DNA of 64,000 nt, from the IMG/VR virus record IMGVR_UViG_3300014208_000030, positions 40,076 to 104,075 of that record. One strand, given 5' to 3'. The DNA comes from a virus. Its lineage: Duplodnaviria; Heunggongvirae; Uroviricota; Caudoviricetes. The first letter of the stretch is position 1; every line of letters starts with the position of its first letter. Of the stretch, positions 17,235 through 26,548 are shown piece after piece. The position numbers and the translations under genes are program-made. The notes beneath the pieces were generated by a model. That model made no database searches. It was not told the DNA's origin and saw nothing but the letters and a program-made list of their open reading frames with translations.

Positions 17235-18212
17235 TTATGATAGTGCTAACATGTCGTCGACAACTTCTTGCTTGATCTTGTCGCTTTCATAGAAGGCACT
17301 CCAGAACTTGTTAGATGGGTCTTGCTTGCGGCCATTGCCGTGGGTGTATAGATCAGTTACTGCATTGACCACTCCCCAACGGGTTCCTCGCGATAGGTCG
17401 GAACCGGCACCATTTTTTAGTAAGTCCATGAGATCGTTAACTTTTTTGATGGTGCCCCATGTTTGTTCGTTGGCATCCAGCTTTTTGTCGTAGAACTTCT
17501 TCTGGTAGTACGATTTGGCATCCTGATCGGAAATCTGCACCATTGCCAGCTTCCGCATATCAGTAATGAATTTCTCCCATGCCGAATCAATCAGGCCGAG
17601 GTCAATTTTCACCTTTGTGGCATCCCATTCGGTGCTATGCACTACTCTGACAACATTCTTGGTGCTCTCATTCATAGCGATGGTCAAGGTGTTGTTACAA
17701 ACCACCCGTTCCGAGACAAATTTGGCTGTAGTTGCCAAAGAGCCATCGACTGCAGTTGTTAAGAGCAACTTCCCAAGAATGCGGTCGCCATCGACAATAT
17801 AATCTGACTTGTCCAGCTCTGCCATTGCCCAGAAGCGTCTGCCACCAAACAATACACCAGCAGTTGACATCTTCATGTTGTTGTTTGCCAATAAGTCTCG
17901 GAAGAATTCCAAAACCTCTGTTGGTTGGACAACTTTGAATCCAGTGCCGACGATGGATAATGGTGCGTGATCATCTGAGCGATACAATGCTTTCTTCGCT
18001 GGAAAGATCAGGTTGCGAGGAGGGAGTTCGCCCAAGGCCGGAGCAGCATACGCAACCGGTGATTCGAGTACATCGAAATCCATGCCCGCTTCTGTTTTCC
18101 AAACTTCTAGGGGTGCATCTTCGGTTAGCTGGCTACCCAACCCATGCCACGGGGTCTGTCCAGTGAATGCGATTGCTGCTCTGCCTTTACTCATATCTAG
18201 TTCTGAAGCCAT
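17235..18212 (-). CDS. DUF932 / TIGR03299 phage-plasmid family protein
   Basis: TPWHGLG...WK..AGMDF...VVQPTEV.EFF...AGVLFGGRRFWA...RVVCNNTL...TRWGVVNAVT; start placed at 18212 because the longer ORF start lies in its promoter (18257-18284). Confidence 0.8.
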   Translation of the reverse strand: MASELDMSKGRAAIAFTGQTPWHGLGSQLTEDAPLEVWKTEAGMDFDVLESPVAYAAPALGELPPRNLIFPAKKALYRSDDHAPLSIVGTGFKVVQPTEVLEFFRDLLANNNMKMSTAGVLFGGRRFWAMAELDKSDYIVDGDRILGKLLLTTAVDGSLATTAKFVSERVVCNNTLTIAMNESTKNVVRVVHSTEWDATKVKIDLGLIDSAWEKFITDMRKLAMVQISDQDAKSYYQKKFYDKKLDANEQTWGTIKKVNDLMDLLKNGAGSDLSRGTRWGVVNAVTDLYTHGNGRKQDPSNKFWSAFYESDKIKQEVVDDMLALS

Positions 18213-18328
18213 GATAATTCTCTCTTTTAGTGGTGGTTGGTAGAAAGTATGGTTAAAGTATACAGAGAAATTTTGGATTGTCAATTATTATTTTCGATAA
18301 ATAGAGATACAAATAACTGGAGAACCAA

Positions 18329-18499
18329 ATGAAACTATTTTTGCCAATCATATTGTTACTGGCTATGTTGTCTGGGTGTGCTGAGTACTATGAGCGCCCA
18401 TACCATTTTTATGAGCCAACGCATTCGGATGGGAGATATCATGGGCACCATGACCACGGCAGACACAAAGGTCACCACGGACATCACGGGAGGGATTAA
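18329..18499 (+). CDS. 56-aa His-rich lipoprotein
   Basis: Manual translation MKLFLPIILLLAMLSGCAEYYERPYHFYEPTHSDGRYHGHHDHGRHKGHHGHHGRD*; LSGC lipobox, GGAG RBS. Confidence 0.72.
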   Translation: MKLFLPIILLLAMLSGCAEYYERPYHFYEPTHSDGRYHGHHDHGRHKGHHGHHGRD

Positions 18500-18655
18500 T
18501 ATATGGATTTAGAGCATGCCTGATAATTAGTGCAGCTTACGTTATACTGCGACGGCTTTTAGTACCGACCGAGAACTACTACCCTTGCCGTTTTTATAGT
18601 TGGTGGGTCTCAACTTGGATTTCAGTATATCATAGCCATGATAAAAAGCAAGCCT

Positions 18656-19060
18656 TTATTCTACCTCAACGAAAATAAATTCTACCCCAACACCCTCCAC
18701 CATAATCTTTTTAGTATGGTTGTTTGCGTAGTGCTCCCCAGAAGGGAAAGTGGTCGTATGAACAAAGTGCGATTGCTTATCGTTGGTCGCATATTTGTCT
18801 GGTCGAAAATGAAATGCTATAGACCGATCATATTTCTTTGACCGAACCAAGAAATGCTCATCCTTACCGTATTTTGCACCATGCGCTTTTACATGCTCGA
18901 CTGCCTTCCTGAAAACATGCTTAACCATGTCCTCGTTAGCCTCTCTCTCCTCAGTTCTTTCTTTGGCATGTACTGTGGAAATCAGCTTCTTGCCCATATG
19001 GGTATCCAGCGTATCCCTGTTATTGTTCACCTGTTCTATCAGCGCTTTAAACCCTAGCAT
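18656..19060 (-). CDS. Late hypothetical protein, candidate internal head protein
   Basis: GATAAATA at 19089-19096 (minus); N-terminus MLGFKALIE. Confidence 0.55.
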   Translation of the reverse strand: MLGFKALIEQVNNNRDTLDTHMGKKLISTVHAKERTEEREANEDMVKHVFRKAVEHVKAHGAKYGKDEHFLVRSKKYDRSIAFHFRPDKYATNDKQSHFVHTTTFPSGEHYANNHTKKIMVEGVGVEFIFVEVE

Positions 19061-19096
19061 GCAAAAATCCTTAAAATAGTTTCTGTACTATTTATC

Positions 19097-20083
19097 TCAG
19101 TGGATAATTTTCCTGAACACAAATATAGGCTCATACTTAAACCCACCCTTGGTCATGCTACTGAGGCGAAGGCGTAGGGTATCCTCTAAGACGAATCCCT
19201 CCGATAGTGCTATGGTTACCGTATCGGCCTCTAAAGTCTTGTGAGATTTGACGTTTGCTATGTTGATGAGCATGTAGCCACCATCTTTTAGGCATGCCAT
19301 GCAGTTCTGCATAGTTTTCCGCAAAAATCCTTCATTCCACTCTTCCGGTGTCGCATATCTTACATAGGATTGGCTATCCTCATTCGAATATCTCTCCGTA
19401 TTGAAGTAGGGCGGCGATGTGAAGCATAAATCCACTGGGCAGTCAGGAGTAAACTCTTCTGAGCCGCATTGGTGGAGCTCTACTTCTACCGGCATGTGGG
19501 CAAAGTCTTTGGCAATTTCCTGCAGTCCGGCAAATGTCAGCGATGCTGGCTCGGTGCCAACATATTTCTTCACTGCCTTCGATGCTAAAGCGCCAAGCAG
19601 TCTACCGCCAAATCCACAACTCATATCCCAAACTACGCCAGCACCAGCATACTTATGATAGATGGTTGCCGCTGCCACCGGCCTGAAATTACTCACCGAC
19701 TGCGATCCAGATGCAGTACGTATAGCTTTGCGGAGCTGAGAGTCACTTAGCCACCCATCCATCTTAATATTGTTGTCTCCGCCCCACCGCAGTCGGCCTA
19801 ACAGTGCCTTTGAGAGCAGGGTATCATCATTGAATATATCGAGCGGTGTTTTCATTTTCATGACTGGGACACCCCAATGGTGCGGGAAATATGACCACGC
19901 CAAACCAATACCATGCATCAGCTGGAGAACTTCGCCGCCAACAATACCACTACGGTATTTTGACTGATATATTTTAGAAAACTCGACGTCGCGCTCTTCT
20001 GGTGAGTACTCGTAATATGGGATTCCACGATTTCTGGCATACTCTAGGGCGAGCGCGACCTTCTGCTGCCTCAACTCATCCAT
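19097..20083 (-). CDS. Amino-type DNA methyltransferase (m4C or m6A)
   Basis: Motif I VWDMSCGFGGRL, motif IV FTSPPYF. Confidence 0.8.
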   Translation of the reverse strand: MDELRQQKVALALEYARNRGIPYYEYSPEERDVEFSKIYQSKYRSGIVGGEVLQLMHGIGLAWSYFPHHWGVPVMKMKTPLDIFNDDTLLSKALLGRLRWGGDNNIKMDGWLSDSQLRKAIRTASGSQSVSNFRPVAAATIYHKYAGAGVVWDMSCGFGGRLLGALASKAVKKYVGTEPASLTFAGLQEIAKDFAHMPVEVELHQCGSEEFTPDCPVDLCFTSPPYFNTERYSNEDSQSYVRYATPEEWNEGFLRKTMQNCMACLKDGGYMLINIANVKSHKTLEADTVTIALSEGFVLEDTLRLRLSSMTKGGFKYEPIFVFRKIIH

Positions 20084-20715
20084 ACAAGAGACTTGAAGTA
20101 TTGGTTAGTCAGGGCGATCCGCACATCTAATCCATGTGGTATGCCAGCCGAGTATTGGTTACCCAAGTTTATCGCTTTGCTGAGCCTAGATGTGCATTCG
20201 TTGCTCTGTGCGCCACATATGCGCCACAAATCATTCTCATCAAAGAAAAACTTGGCCGACTTGAAGTAATGTTCTGGTTCAGATATGATGTCAGGATCAC
20301 TGTCTTCTGGTAACCCTACGCTGTCGAAATAGGCCGCATAGTTATCCTTACCGGTCAGCTGCAATCCACCGCCACCGCGATATTTCCAGCCATCACCACT
20401 CCCATCGTCACCATTGCCCATGCGGCATGCATAGATTCTGTTGGCGATCTTTTCTGGATTTCTGGCATATTTTGCAACACCTAGTCCCTTGAAATATTTG
20501 CCGAACATTTTCTTCAATGCAGCGGCACTATAATTCATGTTTTCTCGACCTGCAGTGAAATTTGCCGACTCGTGTTGCACTTGTGCAATAAAATAGGCAA
20601 AATGAGATGTTGAGTCAATATCCAAGTCCTGTATCATCACTGCAGCAGTTTTGTTTCCGATCTTCCCATCTGGGTCTAGTCCGTGTGCTGCCTGATATTT
20701 CTGTAAATAATTCAT
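20071..20715 (-). CDS. GH19 endolysin with N-terminal peptidoglycan-binding domain
   Basis: YQAAHGL.PDGKIG, FIAQ..HES..F....EN.NYS, YRG.G.LQLTGKDNY. Confidence 0.9.
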   Translation of the reverse strand: MNYLQKYQAAHGLDPDGKIGNKTAAVMIQDLDIDSTSHFAYFIAQVQHESANFTAGRENMNYSAAALKKMFGKYFKGLGVAKYARNPEKIANRIYACRMGNGDDGSGDGWKYRGGGGLQLTGKDNYAAYFDSVGLPEDSDPDIISEPEHYFKSAKFFFDENDLWRICGAQSNECTSRLSKAINLGNQYSAGIPHGLDVRIALTNQYFKSLVWMS

Positions 20716-20720
20716 TTTGG

Positions 20721-20945
20721 TTACTTGGCCTTAAAATCGGCTTGGATTTTCTCCAGTGCCATGATGAGGTTTGGGATATAACTTATCCCCACCAACGACA
20801 CGCTACCTGTGCCGTGTATTAGCGTAACAAACGTTCTGTCGCTATGTGTTTCCAATACATCAACGCTGTCATCAAATATGTAATGGGTACTGCCATCGCT
20901 CGGCTCCGCATCCACGAGGTGTCTGCAATCTACTATTTTTGGCAT
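20721..20945 (-). CDS. Hypothetical protein, paralogue of 20951-21187
   Basis: Shares KI.D.R, TH..IFD.S.DVLE and P..I.AL..IQ..F with its neighbour. Confidence 0.7.
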   Translation of the reverse strand: MPKIVDCRHLVDAEPSDGSTHYIFDDSVDVLETHSDRTFVTLIHGTGSVSLVGISYIPNLIMALEKIQADFKAK

Positions 20946-20950
20946 TCGAA

Positions 20951-21187
20951 TTACCTCGCTTTTGGTGTCGCAAATTCATCTTGGATGTACTGTAATGCCT
21001 TGATAAATGTTGGTAGGTGGTCATAGTCGACCAAATTAACCGTATCCTCACCGCCAGCAATAATAAGCTTAACAGTCTGGCTGTATGTGCCGACCTCTAA
21101 GACATCAGTGCTACCATCAAATATGAAGTGATGCGTATCTTCACTATCTTGGGTTGATCCATCTCTAAAATCCATTATCTTTGCCAT
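20951..21187 (-). CDS. Hypothetical protein, paralogue of 20721-20945
   Basis: Same shared motifs; GAGG RBS. Confidence 0.7.
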   Translation of the reverse strand: MAKIMDFRDGSTQDSEDTHHFIFDGSTDVLEVGTYSQTVKLIIAGGEDTVNLVDYDHLPTFIKALQYIQDEFATPKAR

Positions 21188-21214
21188 TCACTTGCCTCAT
21201 GTTATGTCTTATTT

Positions 21215-21508
21215 TTAAATAAGAGTTGATATTTTGCAGTTTCTTATTTCTGCGATGATTTCTTTAAACGGTTTTGCTATATCTTCTTTGATCTTGGTTA
21301 TGACTTGGTTCGTAAACCGCTCGGCATTGAATATTTTGTTGCGCCGGTACACGCCACGTTGCTTTTTCGGCTGGTATATGCCCTTCCTGAGCTTTTCGTT
21401 TTTGTACTGAATCGCTTTTCGGTGGAACTGATAGGTATCCACATTCGGATTGCTAGCATTTACTTTACCGGCGTCATATTCGTGCTTATAGTTTACAAAC
21501 CTTTTCAT
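21215..21508 (-). CDS. Basic hypothetical protein
   Basis: Codirectional ORF with a tight junction. Confidence 0.55.
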   Translation of the reverse strand: MKRFVNYKHEYDAGKVNASNPNVDTYQFHRKAIQYKNEKLRKGIYQPKKQRGVYRRNKIFNAERFTNQVITKIKEDIAKPFKEIIAEIRNCKISTLI

Positions 21509-21762
21509 TACTTGTCGTCCTTGGTTAACTTAATAAAAACAGGTGGCGTTCCGTATTTGCTTAGCAATCTAATTAGCTCTTTCATGTCGTCGTGATATAT
21601 ATTAACTATGTCTTTTACGTGCGGGAGTCCACCAGCATAAGTTTCTTTTCTGGCGGGAACATAGATTTCGCCAGAAAATTTTATCATGGGCAATAATCTA
21701 TGACCAGTTACCACGGTATAAAGAATCTCATTCTTAGGCTGCTTTGCCTCTGTGCCTCCCAT
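21508..21762 (-). CDS. Hypothetical protein
   Basis: Codirectional ORF with a tight junction. Confidence 0.5.
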   Translation of the reverse strand: MGGTEAKQPKNEILYTVVTGHRLLPMIKFSGEIYVPARKETYAGGLPHVKDIVNIYHDDMKELIRLLSKYGTPPVFIKLTKDDK

Positions 21763-21765
21763 ACA

Positions 21766-22233
21766 TTACCTCGATAAAAATGGTGATACTTCAGCTAGTT
21801 TTAATAGCATGCTGAGTATTTTGTCGTTCTGCTCTATTTCGGCAATAGCGGCAGCAGATAATAGCTCCTCATATTGCTCTGCTGTTGCGGTGGGCGGTAA
21901 TTCCCATACGTCTTCGTATTTTGGGAATTCATTCTCCCACCAACTGGCAATCTCTTCTATGGTTGCCCATGCATCTTGGTAGGTAACATCCCAATTCCAG
22001 TCAACATTGCCGCAAATCAGTTCATTGTGATAAAAATCACACAAAATCTGCATAGATGTATGTAGATATACATCATATGTATCGTGATAACCTATTCGCA
22101 ATGTCTTTGGCCTGACAATCCAATATTTCCATCGTCTTGGGGCTAACAGGCACTCTAGAAATTCGGTTGCCCTATTGAATGCGCGACAGCAGCACCAATA
22201 GGCATCTCCCATAACTACAGCACCCGACTTCAT
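21766..22233 (-). CDS. Hypothetical protein
   Basis: ATGA-type overlap with the upstream ORF. Confidence 0.6.
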   Translation of the reverse strand: MKSGAVVMGDAYWCCCRAFNRATEFLECLLAPRRWKYWIVRPKTLRIGYHDTYDVYLHTSMQILCDFYHNELICGNVDWNWDVTYQDAWATIEEIASWWENEFPKYEDVWELPPTATAEQYEELLSAAAIAEIEQNDKILSMLLKLAEVSPFLSR

Positions 22234-22505
22234 AATTTGTACCCAACCATGTCGTTAAGATTACTCCCAGGGGTGCTTTCGTGTACCTTCGACATGACCT
22301 CCTTGAAGCCCATGTCTAGTTTTCTGTCTCGACCCATGAGCTTATGGTTGTCGACATACAGCGGCATGCCAATCACCATCCCAACAGTATTCTCTGCCAG
22401 ACAATCTGGGCAGGGCTCGGCAGCTGGGTTGTGCCTATCGGCAATTCTAGACACCTTTTCAAATACATGTTCACATTTTTTGCACTGGTAATCATACGAT
22501 GGCAT
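22230..22505 (-). CDS. FmdB-family zinc-ribbon protein
   Basis: MPSYDYQCKKCEHVFE...CPDC. Confidence 0.8.
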   Translation of the reverse strand: MPSYDYQCKKCEHVFEKVSRIADRHNPAAEPCPDCLAENTVGMVIGMPLYVDNHKLMGRDRKLDMGFKEVMSKVHESTPGSNLNDMVGYKL

Positions 22506-22544
22506 TATCTACTCCATTGGTGGGTTGTGTTATTGTTATTTAGC

Positions 22545-22808
22545 TCAAATCACTATAGATGATAGCGAATAATACGCCCAGTAGCATAAAGCGCATATGA
22601 TCAATAGTCCTCTTATGGGATACTTTGCAAGCATTACCACGAAAATAAAAGTAAAGATGATTGCTATCACCTTAGTAGCAAAAGCGAGCAATCTAAGTAT
22701 CATAAAAGGCAATGCTACAATAAATATAAGTATAAAGGCTGCAAATGCTGTCGCATTTTCATTAGAGAGAGATTCGCCAGCGGCATGGCCCAAGTCGTAA
22801 GCATTCAT
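22545..22808 (-). CDS. Small multi-pass membrane protein
   Basis: Three hydrophobic segments; promoter TTGACA-16-TATACT at 22850-22877. Confidence 0.6.
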   Translation of the reverse strand: MNAYDLGHAAGESLSNENATAFAAFILIFIVALPFMILRLLAFATKVIAIIFTFIFVVMLAKYPIRGLLIICALCYWAYYSLSSIVI

Positions 22809-22862
22809 TTCAAAAATTCCTTGTTGTGGTTTTTGTTTTGTTGCTAGGAAGTATACAGCAGT

Positions 22863-22994
22863 TTACTTCTTTGTCAATCTTTTTCTGAATGTGGGCGTAC
22901 TCCAAATAAATTTACAGCTGCATGTGTAGTATCGCCTATGCCATCTCATTCGGCAAGGCATGCACGTATGCCCAAGCTCTTTCTTCGCCATCAT
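22863..22994 (-). CDS. 43-aa basic Cys4 peptide
   Basis: Manual translation MMAKKELGHTCMPCRMRWHRRYYTCSCKFIWSTPTFRKRLTKK*; GGAGAG RBS; promoter at 23012-23040. Confidence 0.45.
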   Translation of the reverse strand: MMAKKELGHTCMPCRMRWHRRYYTCSCKFIWSTPTFRKRLTKK

Positions 22995-23011
22995 CTCTCC
23001 AAAAACTATAT

Positions 23012-23057
23012 ATTATACAGGAACTTGAAAATCTTGTCAAGTTAATTTTTATAAATA
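23012..23057. promoter_or_regulatory. Back-to-back early (minus) and late (plus) promoters at the strand switch
   Basis: TTGACA-17-TATAAT on the minus strand at 23012-23040; TATAAATA on the plus strand at 23050-23057. Confidence 0.75.
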
Positions 23058-23090
23058 CTAGAACAATACTAATAACCGGTAATTTATAGA

Positions 23091-23498
23091 ATGGATACTG
23101 AAGAAAATAGAGATTTTATCGAGTACGTAGATGACGGAACCGTATCGACACTCCCAACCCCATATACCGAACCGACAGAAGACTTCGCTGCCGTCCGGAC
23201 TTCGATGCTATCCCTTATTGAGCTGGGCAACCAAGGATTAGAAACGGCACTGAACATTCTCGTTGCCACTGAGCAGCCGCGCTGCATAGATTCATTTTCT
23301 GGTCTGCTAAAAACTGTTGGTGACCTTAACATGAAGGTACTCGAACTCCACAAAACAAAAACAGATATTGAGACTGCCGGTAGCGGTAACAACATCAAAG
23401 CCAAGACCGTTACCCAGACATCGAATAATTTCTTTGCCGGTAGCACAGATGATTTACAGAGAATGATAGCCGAAATGGCATTGAAAGGGCAGGAATAA
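23091..23498 (+). CDS. 16: Terminase small subunit gp16
   Basis: DF..VR..M.SLIE.G...LE...PR...F.G.STDDLQ pattern; precedes gp17. Confidence 0.8.
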   Translation: MDTEENRDFIEYVDDGTVSTLPTPYTEPTEDFAAVRTSMLSLIELGNQGLETALNILVATEQPRCIDSFSGLLKTVGDLNMKVLELHKTKTDIETAGSGNNIKAKTVTQTSNNFFAGSTDDLQRMIAEMALKGQE

Positions 23499-26434
23499 TG
23501 GCCGACCCACAAAAATATTACAAAGGCAGAAAAGGACTAAAAGCTGCTGGCGTAAAGCTTACGTTTTCGGCAGATCAGGTGTCCGAGTACATTAAGTGCC
23601 AGAATGACCCGATCTATTTCATCAAAAACTATTGCAAAATTGTGCATTTGGATAAGGGGGTTATTCCTTTTGATCTCTATGATTATCAGGAAGACTTCAT
23701 CAATGCCATGTGGAAGAATAGCAAGACTGTTCTTTGTACCGCACGTCAGGTCGGCAAGACTATCGTAACGGCATCTTTTTTCCTGTGGTTTGTTATCTTC
23801 AATCCTAGCAAAGATGTCGCGATTCTCGCCAACAAAGGTGCAACAGCAAAAGAAATTATGGATAAGGTGCAGAAGATTTATGCGCTTATACCATACTGGT
23901 TGCAACCAGGATTAGTAGAGTGGAACAAGAGCTCAATGGTTCTTGAAAACAAGTCAAGAATCATCTGCGAAACTACATCTGCTAACTCAATTCGCGGATT
24001 CTCTATCAGCTATATCCTGCTGGATGAGTTTGCGTTCGTTGATTCAAACAAGGCCACTGAGTTTTTTACATCAGTCTATCCGACACTATCTTCCGGTAAA
24101 TCGACCAAGATAGTGATCGCGTCATGCGTAGTAAAAGATACCTATATCTATTCTACCGATGGTATTAAGCAAATATCGGACTTCATCGATGACGATATAG
24201 AGCACACCTATGAAATACCTACCTACTCTATTCAGGGCAAGGATGGTATAAAAACTGGTGTGCTCATGCACAATAACGGTAAGGTGCCAACTAAAAAGGT
24301 AATATCTAGATACTCTACGCTAGAAGGATCACATAATCACAAATTATATGCATATAAAGATGGTGTATATGATTGGTATAGATTAGATGAGTTATCTGTT
24401 GGAGACTATATTGGCATTAAATATGGTATGAATCTATGGGGAAGTAATAATGCCATAGATTTTACCTACCACACGAACAAATATGAAGCAAACAGATTCG
24501 ACATAAATTCGTTCACTCCGGAGTTTTCATATTTTCTTGGCCTATATATTGCCGAGGGGAATGGGGCACACGGCAATATCGATATAACATGCGGTGATGA
24601 TGTGAGCCATGTGTTTGGTAATTTAGGGTTACGATATAGCAATACAAGAGATGGTGGATTCCACTATAGGTGCGCATCTAGATCGTTGGTTGAGACTATG
24701 CGCCATATTGGATTTGATCTAACTAAAACGGCAAAGTATAAAGAAATTCCCACTAGACTATTTAGTATCTCAAAAGAAAATATAATTGCGTTACTGCAAG
24801 GTATGTTCGATGGCGATGGGTGTGCTGATAAAAATAGAGCTAGGGTGTCATATGCATCGACATCACTAAAATTAATAGAGCAGCTAAGAATAATTCTCAT
24901 TAACTTTGGGATACTCTCAACCATTGCCAAAAAAATAACACCACCAACAGAAAAGGTTAAGGTGTATTCGACAGTTTATGTCCTAACGATGGCGAATACT
25001 CACGCAGCAACATTTTTTGACGAAGTTGGATTTAAATTTGAAAGAAAACAATCTAGAAGCTCTACATGCAAAGCAACATATAGAGGTAACTGGCTAGACG
25101 TAGTGCCAAACTCAAAAAATATATTTAAATCTATTAAACAGGATCATAGCAGCAATTTAAATATTTTTTCTGGCATCGCTAAAGATAATATAGGACTATC
25201 TAGAACAACTTGCCTAGATATAAAAGCCAAACTTAATGCGGCCGGTATTTTTGATACCAGAATGGATGATGTTATACAGCCAGACATTTGCTGGGTACCT
25301 ATTCTTGAGGTACAAGAAAGCGAAAATTATACATATGATTTTTCTCTACCGGATAATGAGGGTGATAAGTGGTGCCACTCTGTTATATATAATGGAATCT
25401 TAGGGCACCAAACACCGAACGGACTCAACCATTTCTACAAACTGTACACCGATGCAGTCGAGGGGAGGAATGGATTTACTCCGGTCATGGTTACATGGCA
25501 GAAAGTACCTGGGCGCGATCAGGCGTGGGCTGACGACATGCGGAAGGTACTCGGTGATGCCAAGTTTATGCAAGAAATGGAGGCGGATTTCCAAGGAAGT
25601 TCGAACACACTCATTTCCTCATACTACATTAAGAAGATGGTCTATCTTAATGCCCTGCACTCATCAGATGGATTTGACATGCTCATCAAACCAATACCTG
25701 AGCATATCTACTTCATTACGGTGGATGTCTCGGAAGGTGGTGGGCAGGATTATTCGGCATTCACTGTCTTTGATGCCACTAGCATGCCCTATCAGGTCTG
25801 TGCAAAGTACAGAAGTGATCACATTCAGCCGATTCTGTACCCAAGTATTATATATAAGGTAGGCCATGAGTATAACGAGGCAATGGTCTTAATTGAAAAC
25901 AACAGCATCGGTTCTCAGGTTGTTGCGATTCTTCACGATGATCTTGAGTATGAGAATGTCATATATACCGACAAGGATGTGATAACTCAGTGGGGGAATT
26001 CTGGAACACTTGGCGTTAAGACCACAGTGAAAACAAAACGGATTGGTTGTGCTGCACTAAAGACTTTAGTAGAAGGCGACCAGTTGCTCATAAATGATTT
26101 CGACACTGTGGTTGAGATATCTACCTTTGTACATTGGCGCAACAGCTATGCTGCGGACTCAGACTGTAATGATGACCTTGTCATGACTCTGGTGATGTTT
26201 GCGTGGCTGACGACACAACAGTGGTTTCGCGATTATACCGATGTCGATATCCGGAAGTTGATGTTTGCTGCCGAAGAGCGTCGGCTAAATGATGAACTAT
26301 GCCCATTTGGGTTCGTTAACACTGGAATTGAGCAGGATCACTCCGAAGATATGATCCTAGATGTCTCGGACATCTGGGTAGATTCTAAATATAACTACTC
26401 CACCTACATTCGAGACACATACGGCGCGATATAA
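23498..26434 (+). CDS. 17: Terminase large subunit gp17, intein-containing
   Basis: ARQVGKT, LLDEFAF, IAS/TPNG interrupted by an intein, DVSEG..QDYS, DDLVM; exteins total 549 aa. Confidence 0.96.
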   Translation: MADPQKYYKGRKGLKAAGVKLTFSADQVSEYIKCQNDPIYFIKNYCKIVHLDKGVIPFDLYDYQEDFINAMWKNSKTVLCTARQVGKTIVTASFFLWFVIFNPSKDVAILANKGATAKEIMDKVQKIYALIPYWLQPGLVEWNKSSMVLENKSRIICETTSANSIRGFSISYILLDEFAFVDSNKATEFFTSVYPTLSSGKSTKIVIASCVVKDTYIYSTDGIKQISDFIDDDIEHTYEIPTYSIQGKDGIKTGVLMHNNGKVPTKKVISRYSTLEGSHNHKLYAYKDGVYDWYRLDELSVGDYIGIKYGMNLWGSNNAIDFTYHTNKYEANRFDINSFTPEFSYFLGLYIAEGNGAHGNIDITCGDDVSHVFGNLGLRYSNTRDGGFHYRCASRSLVETMRHIGFDLTKTAKYKEIPTRLFSISKENIIALLQGMFDGDGCADKNRARVSYASTSLKLIEQLRIILINFGILSTIAKKITPPTEKVKVYSTVYVLTMANTHAATFFDEVGFKFERKQSRSSTCKATYRGNWLDVVPNSKNIFKSIKQDHSSNLNIFSGIAKDNIGLSRTTCLDIKAKLNAAGIFDTRMDDVIQPDICWVPILEVQESENYTYDFSLPDNEGDKWCHSVIYNGILGHQTPNGLNHFYKLYTDAVEGRNGFTPVMVTWQKVPGRDQAWADDMRKVLGDAKFMQEMEADFQGSSNTLISSYYIKKMVYLNALHSSDGFDMLIKPIPEHIYFITVDVSEGGGQDYSAFTVFDATSMPYQVCAKYRSDHIQPILYPSIIYKVGHEYNEAMVLIENNSIGSQVVAILHDDLEYENVIYTDKDVITQWGNSGTLGVKTTVKTKRIGCAALKTLVEGDQLLINDFDTVVEISTFVHWRNSYAADSDCNDDLVMTLVMFAWLTTQQWFRDYTDVDIRKLMFAAEERRLNDELCPFGFVNTGIEQDHSEDMILDVSDIWVDSKYNYSTYIRDTYGAI
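24125..25411 (+). mobile_element. LAGLIDADG intein (429 aa) in gp17
   Basis: Starts CVVKDT (aa 210), ends GHQ (aa 638) before Thr+1; internal FLGLYIAEG and LLQGMFDGDG motifs. Confidence 0.92.
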
Positions 26435-26548
26435 ATATCCAATTGCCTCTAAAAAAATATAAATGGCTATGGGAACTTAGCTAGAAAGTGATGTGGCTAA
26501 ATATGCTTAAGACAAAAATTTCATAAACAAACACAAAGAGGTATTACT

